DNA of 59,815 bases from Holosporaceae bacterium (GCA_031276565.1 JAISMS010000060.1:1-59815); one strand, 5' to 3'; shown: positions 19,227 to 29,065, counted from the first letter of the stretch. Made by a program: numbers and translations. The notes: generated from the sequence alone by a model not told the origin.

Positions 19227-20198
19227 ATGAACAGATTTTTATATTATTTTGTTTGTTTGTTATTTGGCGGAACTTGTATTTTCGGGTTCGTGAACTCCGC
19301 TTTTGCGGCCGGCGGAAAACACGGCGCCCCCGTCCATCGCGACGACGGATCGGACGAGCATGACGAAGATGGCGCCTACGAGGACGACGACGAACACGGC
19401 AAGCACGGTAAACACGGCAAGCACGGCAAGCACGGTAAACACGGTAAACACGGTAAACACGGTAAGCACGATAAGCACGGCAGGCACGGCAAGCCGGACG
19501 TACCCGGTAAGCCGCCGCTCGCCACACCGCCCGGTAAGCCCGCCGCACTTCGCAAGCCGGGCCCCCGTTTTGCCCGCGATTGGCGCAACGAATATTACGA
19601 CGAAAATGAAGATGAAGAGGAGGAAGAAGAAGAGGAAGAAGAGGAAGAGGAAGAAGAAAGAAGCCCTCGCGGAGATGAAAATTCCTCCGCAAGAAAGCGT
19701 ATACGCTCCATGGTAGACAGTTTTCTGAAAATCAATTCCCACGTTGACGATCCGGACAGTAAATTCGCGAGAATATTAAGAGAAAGAGGCGTTAAAAAAA
19801 GATTGGATACCCTCACGAGAAATATCGCAGAACTCCTGAGAGATCTGCTCGATCTGAGCGAGACCATGGATGTGGCAAAAAACCGAGCCACCTTTCCGGA
19901 CGATTATCTGAAACTTCTGAAGACCCCTCCGCTACCGAAAGAGAGATCCGAAAGACGAGTATATACCGTAAAGACCATGCGTTTATCCCGGTCAAATAAA
20001 AGGTCCTCCCGTGCATCGGATGACGACGGCGAAAGATCCGAATCAAAATATTCCGCATCGGATGATGACGATGAAAGATCCGGATCAAAATATTCCGCAT
20101 CGGACGACAATGAAAGATACAAAGCCAAATCCTATAGGGGCGTCTCCTCCTCGGACATACCGAAAGATTGGGGATGTTTTTGCGGGCGAAAACACTGA
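19227..20198 (+). CDS. secreted low-complexity protein with (HGK)n, poly-Glu and acidic Ser/Asp repeats
   Basis: Signal peptide [27 protein letters not shown] is followed by HGK x8-HDK-HGR-HGK, a run of about 15 Glu, and the duplicated SDDD(G/D)ERS(E/G)SKYSA. Confidence 0.6.
   Translation: MNRFLYYFVCLLFGGTCIFGFVNSAFAAGGKHGAPVHRDDGSDEHDEDGAYEDDDEHGKHGKHGKHGKHGKHGKHGKHGKHDKHGRHGKPDVPGKPPLATPPGKPAALRKPGPRFARDWRNEYYDENEDEEEEEEEEEEEEEEERSPRGDENSSARKRIRSMVDSFLKINSHVDDPDSKFARILRERGVKKRLDTLTRNIAELLRDLLDLSETMDVAKNRATFPDDYLKLLKTPPLPKERSERRVYTVKTMRLSRSNKRSSRASDDDGERSESKYSASDDDDERSGSKYSASDDNERYKAKSYRGVSSSDIPKDWGCFCGRKH
19395..19493 (+). repeat. 11 x 9-bp in-frame microsatellite (cacggYaaR, His-Gly-Lys)
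   Basis: Read directly: cacggcaag cacggtaaa cacggcaag cacggcaag cacggtaaa x3 cacggtaag cacgataag cacggcagg cacggcaag. Confidence 0.95.
19614..19658 (+). repeat. (GAR)15 poly-glutamate trinucleotide repeat
   Basis: There is an uninterrupted gaa/gag run inside the 19227..20198 CDS. Confidence 0.9.
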
Positions 20199-20401
20199 AT
20201 CGAATCTGACATCCGAATACATATACATCCCGAATCCGGATTTTTCGGACAAAAACACTGAATCGAACTGCACGTCATATCAAATCCGGCATCCGGACGC
20301 ATAATATCCGGTAATCCGCCAAGCTTTTGCAGAAAAACATCGGGCCCGATAAAAACAAACGGCCGGCTCGAACGGCAGCGCGGCAATCTTCTTTGTTTTC
20401 G

Positions 20402-20416
20402 TTAATTTTCTGTTAA
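20402..20416. promoter_or_regulatory. TTAA-N7-TTAA motif (CtrA-box-like) upstream of the cckA-like gene
   Basis: gTTAAttttctgTTAAtc lies 48 nt upstream of the ATG at 20464, and a taataat -10-like element follows. About one such motif is expected by chance in 60 kb. Confidence 0.3.
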
Positions 20417-20463
20417 TCCGCCTGATTATTTGCTAATAATATGCTGACATTTCTCGGGACGCC

Positions 20464-22947
20464 ATGGATTTTATCGTTGATTTGGAGAATTTTTTATCGA
20501 AAAAGCGCATGCCGCTGAAGCATATCCTGCTGACCGTCGCCTTTTGGTTTTTTGTTTTCTTTGCCGTCGTCCTGGGAATGTATGAAGGAAATTATTGCTC
20601 CGTCATTGCGACCCTGGCGGTCGGATTCATCTGTTTATCGTTCTCCGGCGAAATAAAAAAACTGCATGCGCGGCATCACATAGCGGCCTACCAGAAAAGC
20701 GTCGCCTCGAGCGGATTGGATTCGACAATGTTTGCCTTTTTCGTGTTTGCAAAAAACAGAAAATGTGTTTTTGTCAACAGAGTTGCGCAGAATCTGTTTC
20801 CCGGATTGAACATAAGAACCTCGGACGATCTTGTATTCTGCTTCGGAAAGCATCCGAAGGTGGCGGAAGCCGTTCGCAATCTGCAAATCGCGGCGGAAAA
20901 TATGAAACCGTCCCACGCGGACGTTCCCATGAAATTGAATTCCGAAACCGACAGCATCTGGAGAATAGCGGTTTCTCCTCTTCAAAATCACGGAGAGCTG
21001 TCCGCATGGACAATCGCGGACCTCACCCCTTCGAACGCAAAAGTCTGTTCGCCCGAAACCGACAGCAATTTTTTGTTGGGAATATTAAACAACTCCGCAG
21101 TCGCTTATTTCTGTCTGAATGAAGAAAATGAAATAATCTTCCGCAATAGGACGTTTTCCGACTGGATCGGAAGCAAAACCGAAAACGCTTTATACACCCA
21201 ATTCAGCGCATACATAATTAAAGAGAGAAGCGAAGAGCTCCCCGACGTCGGAAAAACCGGAAAGCTGGTCCCCTCCCTTCCGGCTAAAATTACTTTGAAA
21301 ACGGAAACCGGCGACGGGCTTGAAGTCATTGCGCGGCCGATTTTGCGCACGTCTGCCGGCGACAGGGTTTATATGCTTACGCGCGACCTGCAGCAGAACA
21401 GCGACATTATTCAGGCGCTCGGGAAAACCAAGCTGTATTTCGAGCATATTTTTGACGACGCTCCGTTCGGAATAGCCGTAACGGACGGAGCGGAAATCAT
21501 CAGCGCCAGCAATAAAACCTTCCAAACCGTCATGGGCGCAAATCAGGAAGAAAACAATCCGTCCTTCCTCGACTACGTCGAGGACGAAGAGAAAGAAACG
21601 GTGAGAGAAAAGCTGTATCAGCTGCTCACGACGGTGCATAAATCCCTCCCTCCGTTTGAAATACACTTCAAAGGGCGCGAGGGGAAAACCGTAATGGTTT
21701 ACGTCACGAAAATCGACGAAACGAAACGCACGAAGGAAACCGACGGATTGGTGATGTACTTTATGGATATAAGCGAAAGAAAGGAGCTGCAGCAGCAGTT
21801 TGTCCAGTCTCAAAAAATGCAGGCCGTCGGAAAATTGGCCGGCGGCATAGCCCATGACTTCAATAATCTGCTCACGGCCATGATCGGCTACTGCGATTTG
21901 TTGCTGGAAAAATATCAACCGTCGGATCAAGCCTTCAACGACGTGATGCAGATAAAGCAAAACGCCAATCGGGCCTCGAATCTGGTTCGCCAGCTGTTGG
22001 CGTTTTCCCGTCAGCAAACGCTGCAGCCGAAGATATCCGGCACTACGGACATGATAGGCGAACTGTCGGCCCTGCTGAAAAGACTGCTGGGGGCAAAAAT
22101 CGAGTTAAAGGTTATGCACGGAAGAGACGTCGGGTTCATCAAAGTAGATCAGATACAATTCGAACAGGTCATAATAAATCTCGCCGTCAATGCGAGAGAC
22201 GCCATGGAAAACGGAGGAACCTTAACCATACGCACCTCCTCTTATTCTGCGAAAGAGCCGAAATTTTTGCGCGGCGAGACCATGCCTCGGGGAGATTATG
22301 TCCTCATAGAGGTGATCGATACCGGCTGCGGCATCGATGAAAAATATCTCGGAAAAATCTTCGACCCGTTCTTCTCGTCCAAGGAAAAAGGACACGGCAC
22401 CGGCCTCGGACTCTCCACCGTCTACGGCATAGTCAACCAGACCGGCGGTTTCATATCCGTAGACAGTAAAATCGGCGAAGGTACGAAATTCAATTTGTAT
22501 TTCCCGATGGTGACGGCCACGGAAAAAGAATTGGCGGCCATAAAGGAAAAATCATCGGAAAATAAAATCATCGACCTTACCGGAACCGGAACCGTTCTGC
22601 TGGTGGAGGATGAAGACGCGGTGAGGATGTTCAGCTCTCGAGCCCTTCGGGACAAGGGATACCGCGTAATTGAATCCTCGAACGGAGAGTCGGCCCTGGA
22701 GTTCATTAAAAAAGACGGCAACACCATAGATTTGGTGATAACCGACGTCGTAATGCCCAAAATGGACGGGCCGAACCTCGTTCGCCGAATAAAAGAATAC
22801 AATCCGGACATAAAAGTTATCTTCATTTCCGGATACACCGAGGACAGTTTCCGGGATTCCCTCACCAATGACCCGAAGGTGCACTTTTTGCCCAAGCCGT
22901 TCAGCATAAAAGAGCTGGCCGGCAAGGTTAAGGAAATAATAGGTTAG
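20464..22947 (+). CDS. cckA: hybrid sensor histidine kinase/response regulator, CckA-like
   Basis: It has two N-terminal TM segments, PAS-like regions, the H-box GGIAHDFNNLLTAMIGY, HATPase N/G boxes (NLAVNARDAM, DTGCGI, GTGLGLS) and a C-terminal receiver (VLLVEDEDAV...DLVITDVVMPKMDG...KPF). Confidence 0.7.
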   Translation: MDFIVDLENFLSKKRMPLKHILLTVAFWFFVFFAVVLGMYEGNYCSVIATLAVGFICLSFSGEIKKLHARHHIAAYQKSVASSGLDSTMFAFFVFAKNRKCVFVNRVAQNLFPGLNIRTSDDLVFCFGKHPKVAEAVRNLQIAAENMKPSHADVPMKLNSETDSIWRIAVSPLQNHGELSAWTIADLTPSNAKVCSPETDSNFLLGILNNSAVAYFCLNEENEIIFRNRTFSDWIGSKTENALYTQFSAYIIKERSEELPDVGKTGKLVPSLPAKITLKTETGDGLEVIARPILRTSAGDRVYMLTRDLQQNSDIIQALGKTKLYFEHIFDDAPFGIAVTDGAEIISASNKTFQTVMGANQEENNPSFLDYVEDEEKETVREKLYQLLTTVHKSLPPFEIHFKGREGKTVMVYVTKIDETKRTKETDGLVMYFMDISERKELQQQFVQSQKMQAVGKLAGGIAHDFNNLLTAMIGYCDLLLEKYQPSDQAFNDVMQIKQNANRASNLVRQLLAFSRQQTLQPKISGTTDMIGELSALLKRLLGAKIELKVMHGRDVGFIKVDQIQFEQVIINLAVNARDAMENGGTLTIRTSSYSAKEPKFLRGETMPRGDYVLIEVIDTGCGIDEKYLGKIFDPFFSSKEKGHGTGLGLSTVYGIVNQTGGFISVDSKIGEGTKFNLYFPMVTATEKELAAIKEKSSENKIIDLTGTGTVLLVEDEDAVRMFSSRALRDKGYRVIESSNGESALEFIKKDGNTIDLVITDVVMPKMDGPNLVRRIKEYNPDIKVIFISGYTEDSFRDSLTNDPKVHFLPKPFSIKELAGKVKEIIG

Positions 22948-23271
22948 CATCGTTCCCGACGGCAGGTTACGGAGCTTATTTTCATAAGCGAACGGCATTA
23001 CGGACGAATCCGGCGTTTTTCCGAATGACGGAGAACTATAAAACGCCCCTTTAATGCGCACATATGTTTCGTCCGTTTCCGTCGGGAGGAATTTTATATT
23101 TTAACGCATCAAAATCATGCTTTAACAACTTAAATTTATAATGTAATTACACAATAAATCATACAATAATACGAATACATAATGTTATTAATCCGGCAAT
23201 CCCTTGTCGCCCTTGTTTGTTGACTTTCCGGAGGCCGTCTTTTACCCTGTTTCATAATACTGTATCGGCGG

Positions 23272-26031
23272 ATGGCATTTATGAACTTTAAGGACACGAT
23301 ATTTCTTCCGGAAACGGATTTTCAAATGCGTGCGAATCTTTCGAAGAAAGAACCCGAGATTCTGGAATCCTGGAACGGAACGAACATCTATGAAAAAATG
23401 CTGTCGATCTCCCGGGGACGCAAAGAGTTTATTCTTCACGACGGACCTCCGTTCGCCAACGGAAATCCCCACGCCGGCACCGCCATGAATAAAATTGTCA
23501 AGGACATGATCAACCGACTGAAGCGCATGCAGGGATTTCGGGTTCCCTTCGTGCCCGGATGGGATTGTCACGGACTGCCCATCGAATGGAAAGTACAAGA
23601 ACAACTCAAAGCCGAAGGAAAGAAGAAGGAGGATATTTCCGTCGTCGAATTCAGAAACATGTGCAAAGAATTCGCCCTGCGCTGGATAGACGTTCAGCGG
23701 GAAGGATTCAAGCGTCTCGGGATCGTCGGAGACTGGGAAAATCCGTATCTGACGATGAGTCCTAAGGCAGAGGCGGCCGTAATCCGGCAAATCGGGAAAT
23801 TCATCACGGACGGCACTCTCTACAGAGGAGAAAAACCGGTTTTCTGGTCGGTGGTGGAGCAAACGGCCCTGGCGGATGCGGAAATCGAATACATCGATAA
23901 AAAATCCGCAAGCATCTACGTTTCCTTCGGAATAAAATCCTCCTCCGTCGATTTCCTGAAAAACGCCGCCTGCGTAATTTGGACCACGACCCCCTGGACG
24001 ATTCCGGGAAATCGGGCTTTGGCCTTCTCCGAAGGCGTCGTCTATTGCCTGCTCGGCACCGACAGGGGCAACTTCGTCGCAGCCAAGGATTTGGCGGAAA
24101 ATTTCCTTCAAACGACCGGCATTGCCGGCGAAATTCTGCGAGAATTCGGCGGAGAACTTTTGAAAAATACGATTTGCCGTCATCCGCTTTGCGAATCCGG
24201 CTACGATTTCGACGTACCGCTGATCCACGGCGATCATGTGGATACGGAAACCGGAACGGGCTTGGTACATTTGGCCCCGGGACACGGAGTCGAAGATTTC
24301 CGTGCCTGCAAAAAACACGATATCGCCGTACCGATCACCGTAAACGAAGCCGGCATATACCACGACTGCGTTCCCGTTTTCGCCGGAAAGCATATATTCA
24401 AAGTCGAGGAAGAAATACTGTCGGAACTGGAAAAGGCAGGCACGTTGCTGTTTCGAACTTCGATCCTCCACAGCTATCCGCATTCATGGCGTTCGAAAGC
24501 TCCGTTAATCTTCAGAACCACCCCCCAATGGTTTATCGGCATGGACAATACAGGGTTGCGGCAAAAAGCTCTGAAAGAAATCGGAAAGGTCAAGTGGATC
24601 CCGAAACAGGGTCAAAATCGCATTACGGCTTTCGTGGAAAATCGCGGGGATTGGTGCATCTCGCGCCAGAGAGTCTGGGGAGTGCCTCTGCCGCTGTTTA
24701 CGCACAGGAAAACCGGCGAACCGTTGCGAGATCCCGATGTCATCGGACGAATAGCGGACATTTTCGAACTGGAAGGCTCCGACGCCTGGTTCATAAAGGA
24801 TCCGCAGGTATTTCTCGGAGATAAATATAAAATCGAAGACTACGAGCAGGTCAAAGACACCATGGATGTCTGGTTCGAAAGCGCTTCCACCTATGCCTAC
24901 GTTCTGAAAAAAGACGATTCCTCCGTTCAGGCAGACATGTACGTCGAGGGATCGGATCAGCATCGGGGATGGTTCCAGCATTCTCTGTTGAATTCCTGCG
25001 GCGTTTTCGGCAATTCTCCGTTTAAGAGCGTGATGACCCACGGTTTTATCGTAGACGAACAGGGGCGCAAGATGTCCAAGTCCCTCGGAAACGTCGTCAC
25101 GCTGGAGGAGGTCGTAAAAAATTTCGGCGCCGATATTTTTCGCATGTGGGTCGCCTCCAGCGACTTCACCCGGGATTTGAAGTTGGGGAAGAATATTCTG
25201 AAGCAGTTGGAAGACGTCTACAGAAAACTCAGAAATACCCTGCGGTACATATCGGGCGCCTTGGCCGGATATGATTCCTCCGTCGAAACGGTTCCCTGCG
25301 GCGACATGCCGGATCTGGAAAGATGGATTTTGCACCGGTTGACGGAAATACATGAGGAACTTATGTCCTGCATAGAATGCTGTGACGTAAACAGATATTT
25401 CGCGACGCTGCATACCTTCTGCTCCGGAGACTTATCGTCGTTTTTCTTCGACGTTCGGAAGGACTGTCTTTACTGCGACCGAAGAGACGATCCGAAACGC
25501 AAAGCCTACCGATGCGTGCTGAACGCTCTGTTTCATTATCTCGTCAGATGGCTTGCCCCGATCGTCGTTTTCACGGCGGAAGAAGCTTGGACGAGCATGT
25601 ACGGCTCGCCGGGCGTACATCTTGAAGATTTTCTCGTTCCGGACAAAAACTGGGTCGATCCGCAGCTGGGCATCGCAATCGACGACATCAAGAAAATTCG
25701 GAAAATCGTAACAACCGCCCTGGAGGCGGCCCGTAGGGAAAAAATAATCGGATCCTCTCTGCAGGCAAGCGTAACCGTTTTCGATCCCGACGGAATTATC
25801 AAAATGAGAGACGAGTCAGTCTGGGAAGAGATCGCCATCACCTCCGGATTCAAAATAATCGGCGCTTCGATTCCGGCAGACGCATTCGTCGACGAAACCC
25901 GAAAGAATATCGGCGTCAGAATAATCGTCGCCGAGGGAGAAAAATGCGAAAGATGCTGGAAGGTTTCAAAAAACGCCTACGGAGATAAAATATGCGAAAG
26001 ATGTCGAAAAGTCTCGGATCTGCAAAACTAG
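23272..26031 (+). CDS. ileS: isoleucine--tRNA ligase
   Basis: The HIGH-type motif PFANGNPHAGTA, KMSKS, the editing domain and a C-terminal Zn ribbon (CERCWK...CERCRK) are present. The start may be the Met at 23281 (MNFKDTIFLP). Confidence 0.95.
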   Translation: MAFMNFKDTIFLPETDFQMRANLSKKEPEILESWNGTNIYEKMLSISRGRKEFILHDGPPFANGNPHAGTAMNKIVKDMINRLKRMQGFRVPFVPGWDCHGLPIEWKVQEQLKAEGKKKEDISVVEFRNMCKEFALRWIDVQREGFKRLGIVGDWENPYLTMSPKAEAAVIRQIGKFITDGTLYRGEKPVFWSVVEQTALADAEIEYIDKKSASIYVSFGIKSSSVDFLKNAACVIWTTTPWTIPGNRALAFSEGVVYCLLGTDRGNFVAAKDLAENFLQTTGIAGEILREFGGELLKNTICRHPLCESGYDFDVPLIHGDHVDTETGTGLVHLAPGHGVEDFRACKKHDIAVPITVNEAGIYHDCVPVFAGKHIFKVEEEILSELEKAGTLLFRTSILHSYPHSWRSKAPLIFRTTPQWFIGMDNTGLRQKALKEIGKVKWIPKQGQNRITAFVENRGDWCISRQRVWGVPLPLFTHRKTGEPLRDPDVIGRIADIFELEGSDAWFIKDPQVFLGDKYKIEDYEQVKDTMDVWFESASTYAYVLKKDDSSVQADMYVEGSDQHRGWFQHSLLNSCGVFGNSPFKSVMTHGFIVDEQGRKMSKSLGNVVTLEEVVKNFGADIFRMWVASSDFTRDLKLGKNILKQLEDVYRKLRNTLRYISGALAGYDSSVETVPCGDMPDLERWILHRLTEIHEELMSCIECCDVNRYFATLHTFCSGDLSSFFFDVRKDCLYCDRRDDPKRKAYRCVLNALFHYLVRWLAPIVVFTAEEAWTSMYGSPGVHLEDFLVPDKNWVDPQLGIAIDDIKKIRKIVTTALEAARREKIIGSSLQASVTVFDPDGIIKMRDESVWEEIAITSGFKIIGASIPADAFVDETRKNIGVRIIVAEGEKCERCWKVSKNAYGDKICERCRKVSDLQN

Positions 26032-26471
26032 GCGTCTGCCTGTTTATTGCCGGTTTCATTTTCTTGAGCGACCGATTATCGAAGTTTATCGTAACGGAGA
26101 CCATGCGCATCGGAGACGTCGTGTGTGTTTTTCCTTTCTTCAACATAGTCCGCATCGAAAACACGGGCCTGACTTTCGGTTTTTTGAGCGACGTCATACA
26201 TCCGTCGCTCCTGGTTGCGGCTTCTCTGTTCGTCATTGCGGCCTTATGCGTCTGGACGAAGCGCAACAGGCAATATATGCTGCCGGCCTGCATGATAATA
26301 GGGGGAGCGTTCGGAAATTTAATTGACAGAATTACCAGTAAAGCGGTTATTGATTTTTTGGACTTCCATCTGCTAACATGGCATTGGCCTGCCTTTAACA
26401 TTGCAGACAGCGCAATTGTAATCGGCCTGGCAGTTTTATTTTTTGTTTCTTACGGAGAAGAGGAATCATGA
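25992..26471 (+). CDS. lspA: lipoprotein signal peptidase (signal peptidase II)
   Basis: The protein has four hydrophobic segments and the motifs NTGLTFG and FNIADSAIVIG. It lies downstream of ileS (conserved pair) and overlaps the ileS 3' end by about 30-40 nt. Confidence 0.85.
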   Translation: MRKMSKSLGSAKLGVCLFIAGFIFLSDRLSKFIVTETMRIGDVVCVFPFFNIVRIENTGLTFGFLSDVIHPSLLVAASLFVIAALCVWTKRNRQYMLPACMIIGGAFGNLIDRITSKAVIDFLDFHLLTWHWPAFNIADSAIVIGLAVLFFVSYGEEES

Positions 26472-26590
26472 GAATGTTTGCTGCGGCGTTGTTGCTTTTT
26501 CTTGTCGGATGCGGAGGTTATGAAAACGACAGAATTTCGACGGACGACGCAAAAAATGATCCGCTGTTGATTCCTCCGTGTTTAAAATGA
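26468..26590 (+). CDS. small (40-aa) putative lipoprotein
   Basis: This ORF is below the track cutoff and I translated it by hand: MRMFAAALLLFLVGCGGYENDRISTDDAKNDPLLIPPCLK. It has the lipobox LVGC. It forms ATGA overlaps with the lspA stop (26468..26471) and with the next gene's ATG (26587..26590). Confidence 0.45.
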   Translation: MRMFAAALLLFLVGCGGYENDRISTDDAKNDPLLIPPCLK

Positions 26591-27909
26591 TATATCATCG
26601 CCCGTTCGGAAAATTTGCAATTGTTTTTGCGATATTTTCGCTGTTTCTCTCTTGTTCCGCCGAAAACTATCGGGGATGCTCCGTTCATAAAACAGACGGC
26701 GGAGTCACCGTTATTTTCGCGGATACCCCTAAACCGGACGGCCTGTTGGTGATGTTGTGCATTTCGTCCGGAAGCACCGACGAGATCGAAAAAACCGGGG
26801 TCTCCAATCTGCTTAACCGTATATTCGAGCAGAAATTAAAACAAAACACGGGTTCCGATCTGCAGTACGGATCCGAAAGCAATTCCTACGCCGGATATGA
26901 CCACAGCATATATTATTTCTACGGAAAAACGGAAAATCTGGCGGGATTCATTAAAAACCTGGGAACGACTTTTTCGAATTTCACCTTCACGTCGGATGAA
27001 ATGGACGGCTGCAAACGGATGATCGAGAAAAAAATCATTGAAGACCGACAGACGGATAAAAATTTCATTCGTTACGAATCCAGAAAATCCCTCTATTGGC
27101 ACTCCCGCTACGGCAGTCCGATATACGGCAACGAAGACGACTTGAAATCGATATCCGAGGAGGATGTGAAAAATTTCAAAAACAAAAATTACGTAAACGG
27201 ACGGACGACGTTGATCATCGCCGGTAAGGTCGATAAGAAATTTGCGCTGGAAGAAATCGAAAAATACTTCAAAAAATCCGACATTCCGGAAGAACCGATA
27301 AATCGTCTGCAGGAGCCGCCTCACCACGGATCCTCGGTTAAACTCACGAAATACAGCTCTCAGGTGAGTGTTCCGATCATCGAAATGTATTGGAAAATAC
27401 CCGACTACCGAAATCAAAAGGAAAAAGCCCGCGCGGCCGAAATTTTCATCAATTGTTTGGATGAAATTCTCCAAAAGAATCTTATCGAAAAGCAAAAAGC
27501 AGTCGCGTCCGTATCGTTCACCTATTCCTTCTGGAACTACGATTACGGCGATTTTTGCATAACGATTACGGCGGGCAATTCCGATACGGACGACGTAATA
27601 AGAGCGGTGTTGACGGAGATAAAATATGCGGCTTCGGAAGGAATCTCCGAAGCGCAAGCCAAAAAGGCGGCAAAAAAGTTGACGGCTTCGGCCGACGTGT
27701 TCCGCTATGAGGTCGACGTATTGGACTGGACAGACTGGATATCAAAAAAAACAGGCTCCCGGAACGACTTTGATTTCCTGAAATCCTATTGCAATTTTAT
27801 AAACAAATTCGATCTGAAAGAAGTGAATGCGCAAGCAAAGGAGATATTTAAAAATGATCCGTGCGTCATATCAATCCTCAAACCGGAGGTCAAAAGAAAA
27901 GCCGTATAG
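26587..27909 (+). CDS. M16 (pitrilysin) family protein lacking the HxxEH zinc motif; lipoprotein-type signal
   Basis: M16 fold landmarks are present (NSYAGYDHSIYYF, YGSPIYGNEDDLKSISEEDVKNFKNKNYVNGRTTLIIAGKV). The position of HxxEH reads GVSNLLNRIFEQ. The signal is FSLFLSC. Confidence 0.7.
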   Translation: MIYHRPFGKFAIVFAIFSLFLSCSAENYRGCSVHKTDGGVTVIFADTPKPDGLLVMLCISSGSTDEIEKTGVSNLLNRIFEQKLKQNTGSDLQYGSESNSYAGYDHSIYYFYGKTENLAGFIKNLGTTFSNFTFTSDEMDGCKRMIEKKIIEDRQTDKNFIRYESRKSLYWHSRYGSPIYGNEDDLKSISEEDVKNFKNKNYVNGRTTLIIAGKVDKKFALEEIEKYFKKSDIPEEPINRLQEPPHHGSSVKLTKYSSQVSVPIIEMYWKIPDYRNQKEKARAAEIFINCLDEILQKNLIEKQKAVASVSFTYSFWNYDYGDFCITITAGNSDTDDVIRAVLTEIKYAASEGISEAQAKKAAKKLTASADVFRYEVDVLDWTDWISKKTGSRNDFDFLKSYCNFINKFDLKEVNAQAKEIFKNDPCVISILKPEVKRKAV

Positions 27910-29065
27910 TCAATCTGTTCTTTTTCCTCTACAGCCCGTCCGCGTAGATTTTTCTTCCCGATCCGAAGATTGCTTTTTGATTGCAAAATCCGTTGAAGAT
28001 CTGGATGTTTTGGAACATCCCCGTTTGAAGACCTGGATGCTTCGGAAAAACTTCGTCGTCTTCGGCGCCGGCGGATCCGTCCTCGGGGGACAATGCATTC
28101 GGGCGATCTCCGGCAACGGCGGCCGGAATGTGAGATTTGTCGCAAACTCGGATCCCGGAACTATGGACGAACTGTTTCGCGAAATTGATCCGAACGAAAC
28201 CGGGTTTTTGTGCATTTCCAAGTCCGGAGAAACGCTGGAAACCGTCTGTCAAACCCTGCTGGCGTTGGATTTCGCCAAAAAAGGCGACGGATTCACGGTA
28301 ATTACGGAGGATAAGCCTTCGTCCTTGAAACAAATCGCCGCCGAATTCGGGTTTTTATGCCTCGATCATCCCAAAACCGTCGGCGGAAGATTTTCCGTGT
28401 TTTCGCTGACGGGAATGCTGCCGGCTCTGCTCTGCGGCGTCGATCCCCGAAGAATACGAGCCGGGGGAAGTCAAGTGCTGGATCATCGGCGCGACGACGC
28501 CGAAAAAGGCGCCTCCTTCGTGACTGAAAGTCTGCAAAACGGCATTACGGAGCACGTGTCTTTTATATATTCCGACCGGTTGATCGCCTTTGGGGCATGG
28601 TTGGCCCAACTCTACGCGGAAAGCACGGGAAAGTCCGGAGTCGGCGTTACGCCTCTGACGGCAATCGGAGCGGCCGACCAGCACAGCCAACTGCAATTGT
28701 ATCTCGAAGGCAGAAGGGATAAATGCTTCACGTTTTTCTTCGAAGAGCGCACCTCGGAGTCCGCCGTTGCTGCCGACGCTTTTCTTCCTCCGGCATTTTC
28801 ATATTTGAAAGGCAGGAACATGGCGAACGTTTTTGAAGCGCAGTTCAGAGCCACCGCCGCCGCCCTCGTTGAAAAGAACTGCCGCGTCCGAACAATGGAG
28901 ACGGGAGAAATAACGCCGGAAGTTCTCGGCGCTCTCTTCATGCATTTTATGTTGGAGGTGACTTACATCTGTGAATATCTGAAGGTCAATCCTTTTGATC
29001 AACCCGCCGTCGAGCGCGGAAAAATTTTAACGAAAAATTTACTGGAAAAAGATTTATGTTATTAA
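27827..29065 (+). CDS. pgi: glucose-6-phosphate isomerase (short bacterial type)
   Basis: Motifs FGAGGSVLGG, CISKSGETLET, VGGRFSVFS, ESTGK and NPFDQPAVE are present. The start is uncertain. The longest ORF overlaps the M16 gene by 83 nt, and alternatives are ATG 27854, TTG 27977 and ATG 28037. Confidence 0.8.
   Translation: MRKQRRYLKMIRASYQSSNRRSKEKPYSQSVLFPLQPVRVDFSSRSEDCFLIAKSVEDLDVLEHPRLKTWMLRKNFVVFGAGGSVLGGQCIRAISGNGGRNVRFVANSDPGTMDELFREIDPNETGFLCISKSGETLETVCQTLLALDFAKKGDGFTVITEDKPSSLKQIAAEFGFLCLDHPKTVGGRFSVFSLTGMLPALLCGVDPRRIRAGGSQVLDHRRDDAEKGASFVTESLQNGITEHVSFIYSDRLIAFGAWLAQLYAESTGKSGVGVTPLTAIGAADQHSQLQLYLEGRRDKCFTFFFEERTSESAVAADAFLPPAFSYLKGRNMANVFEAQFRATAAALVEKNCRVRTMETGEITPEVLGALFMHFMLEVTYICEYLKVNPFDQPAVERGKILTKNLLEKDLCY

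Noticed and set aside
23242-25413. Two long antisense ORFs of 413 and 302 aa lie opposite ileS.
   Set aside because: These are shadow ORFs for the same reason. The ileS frame is continuous and has HIGH/KMSKS motifs.
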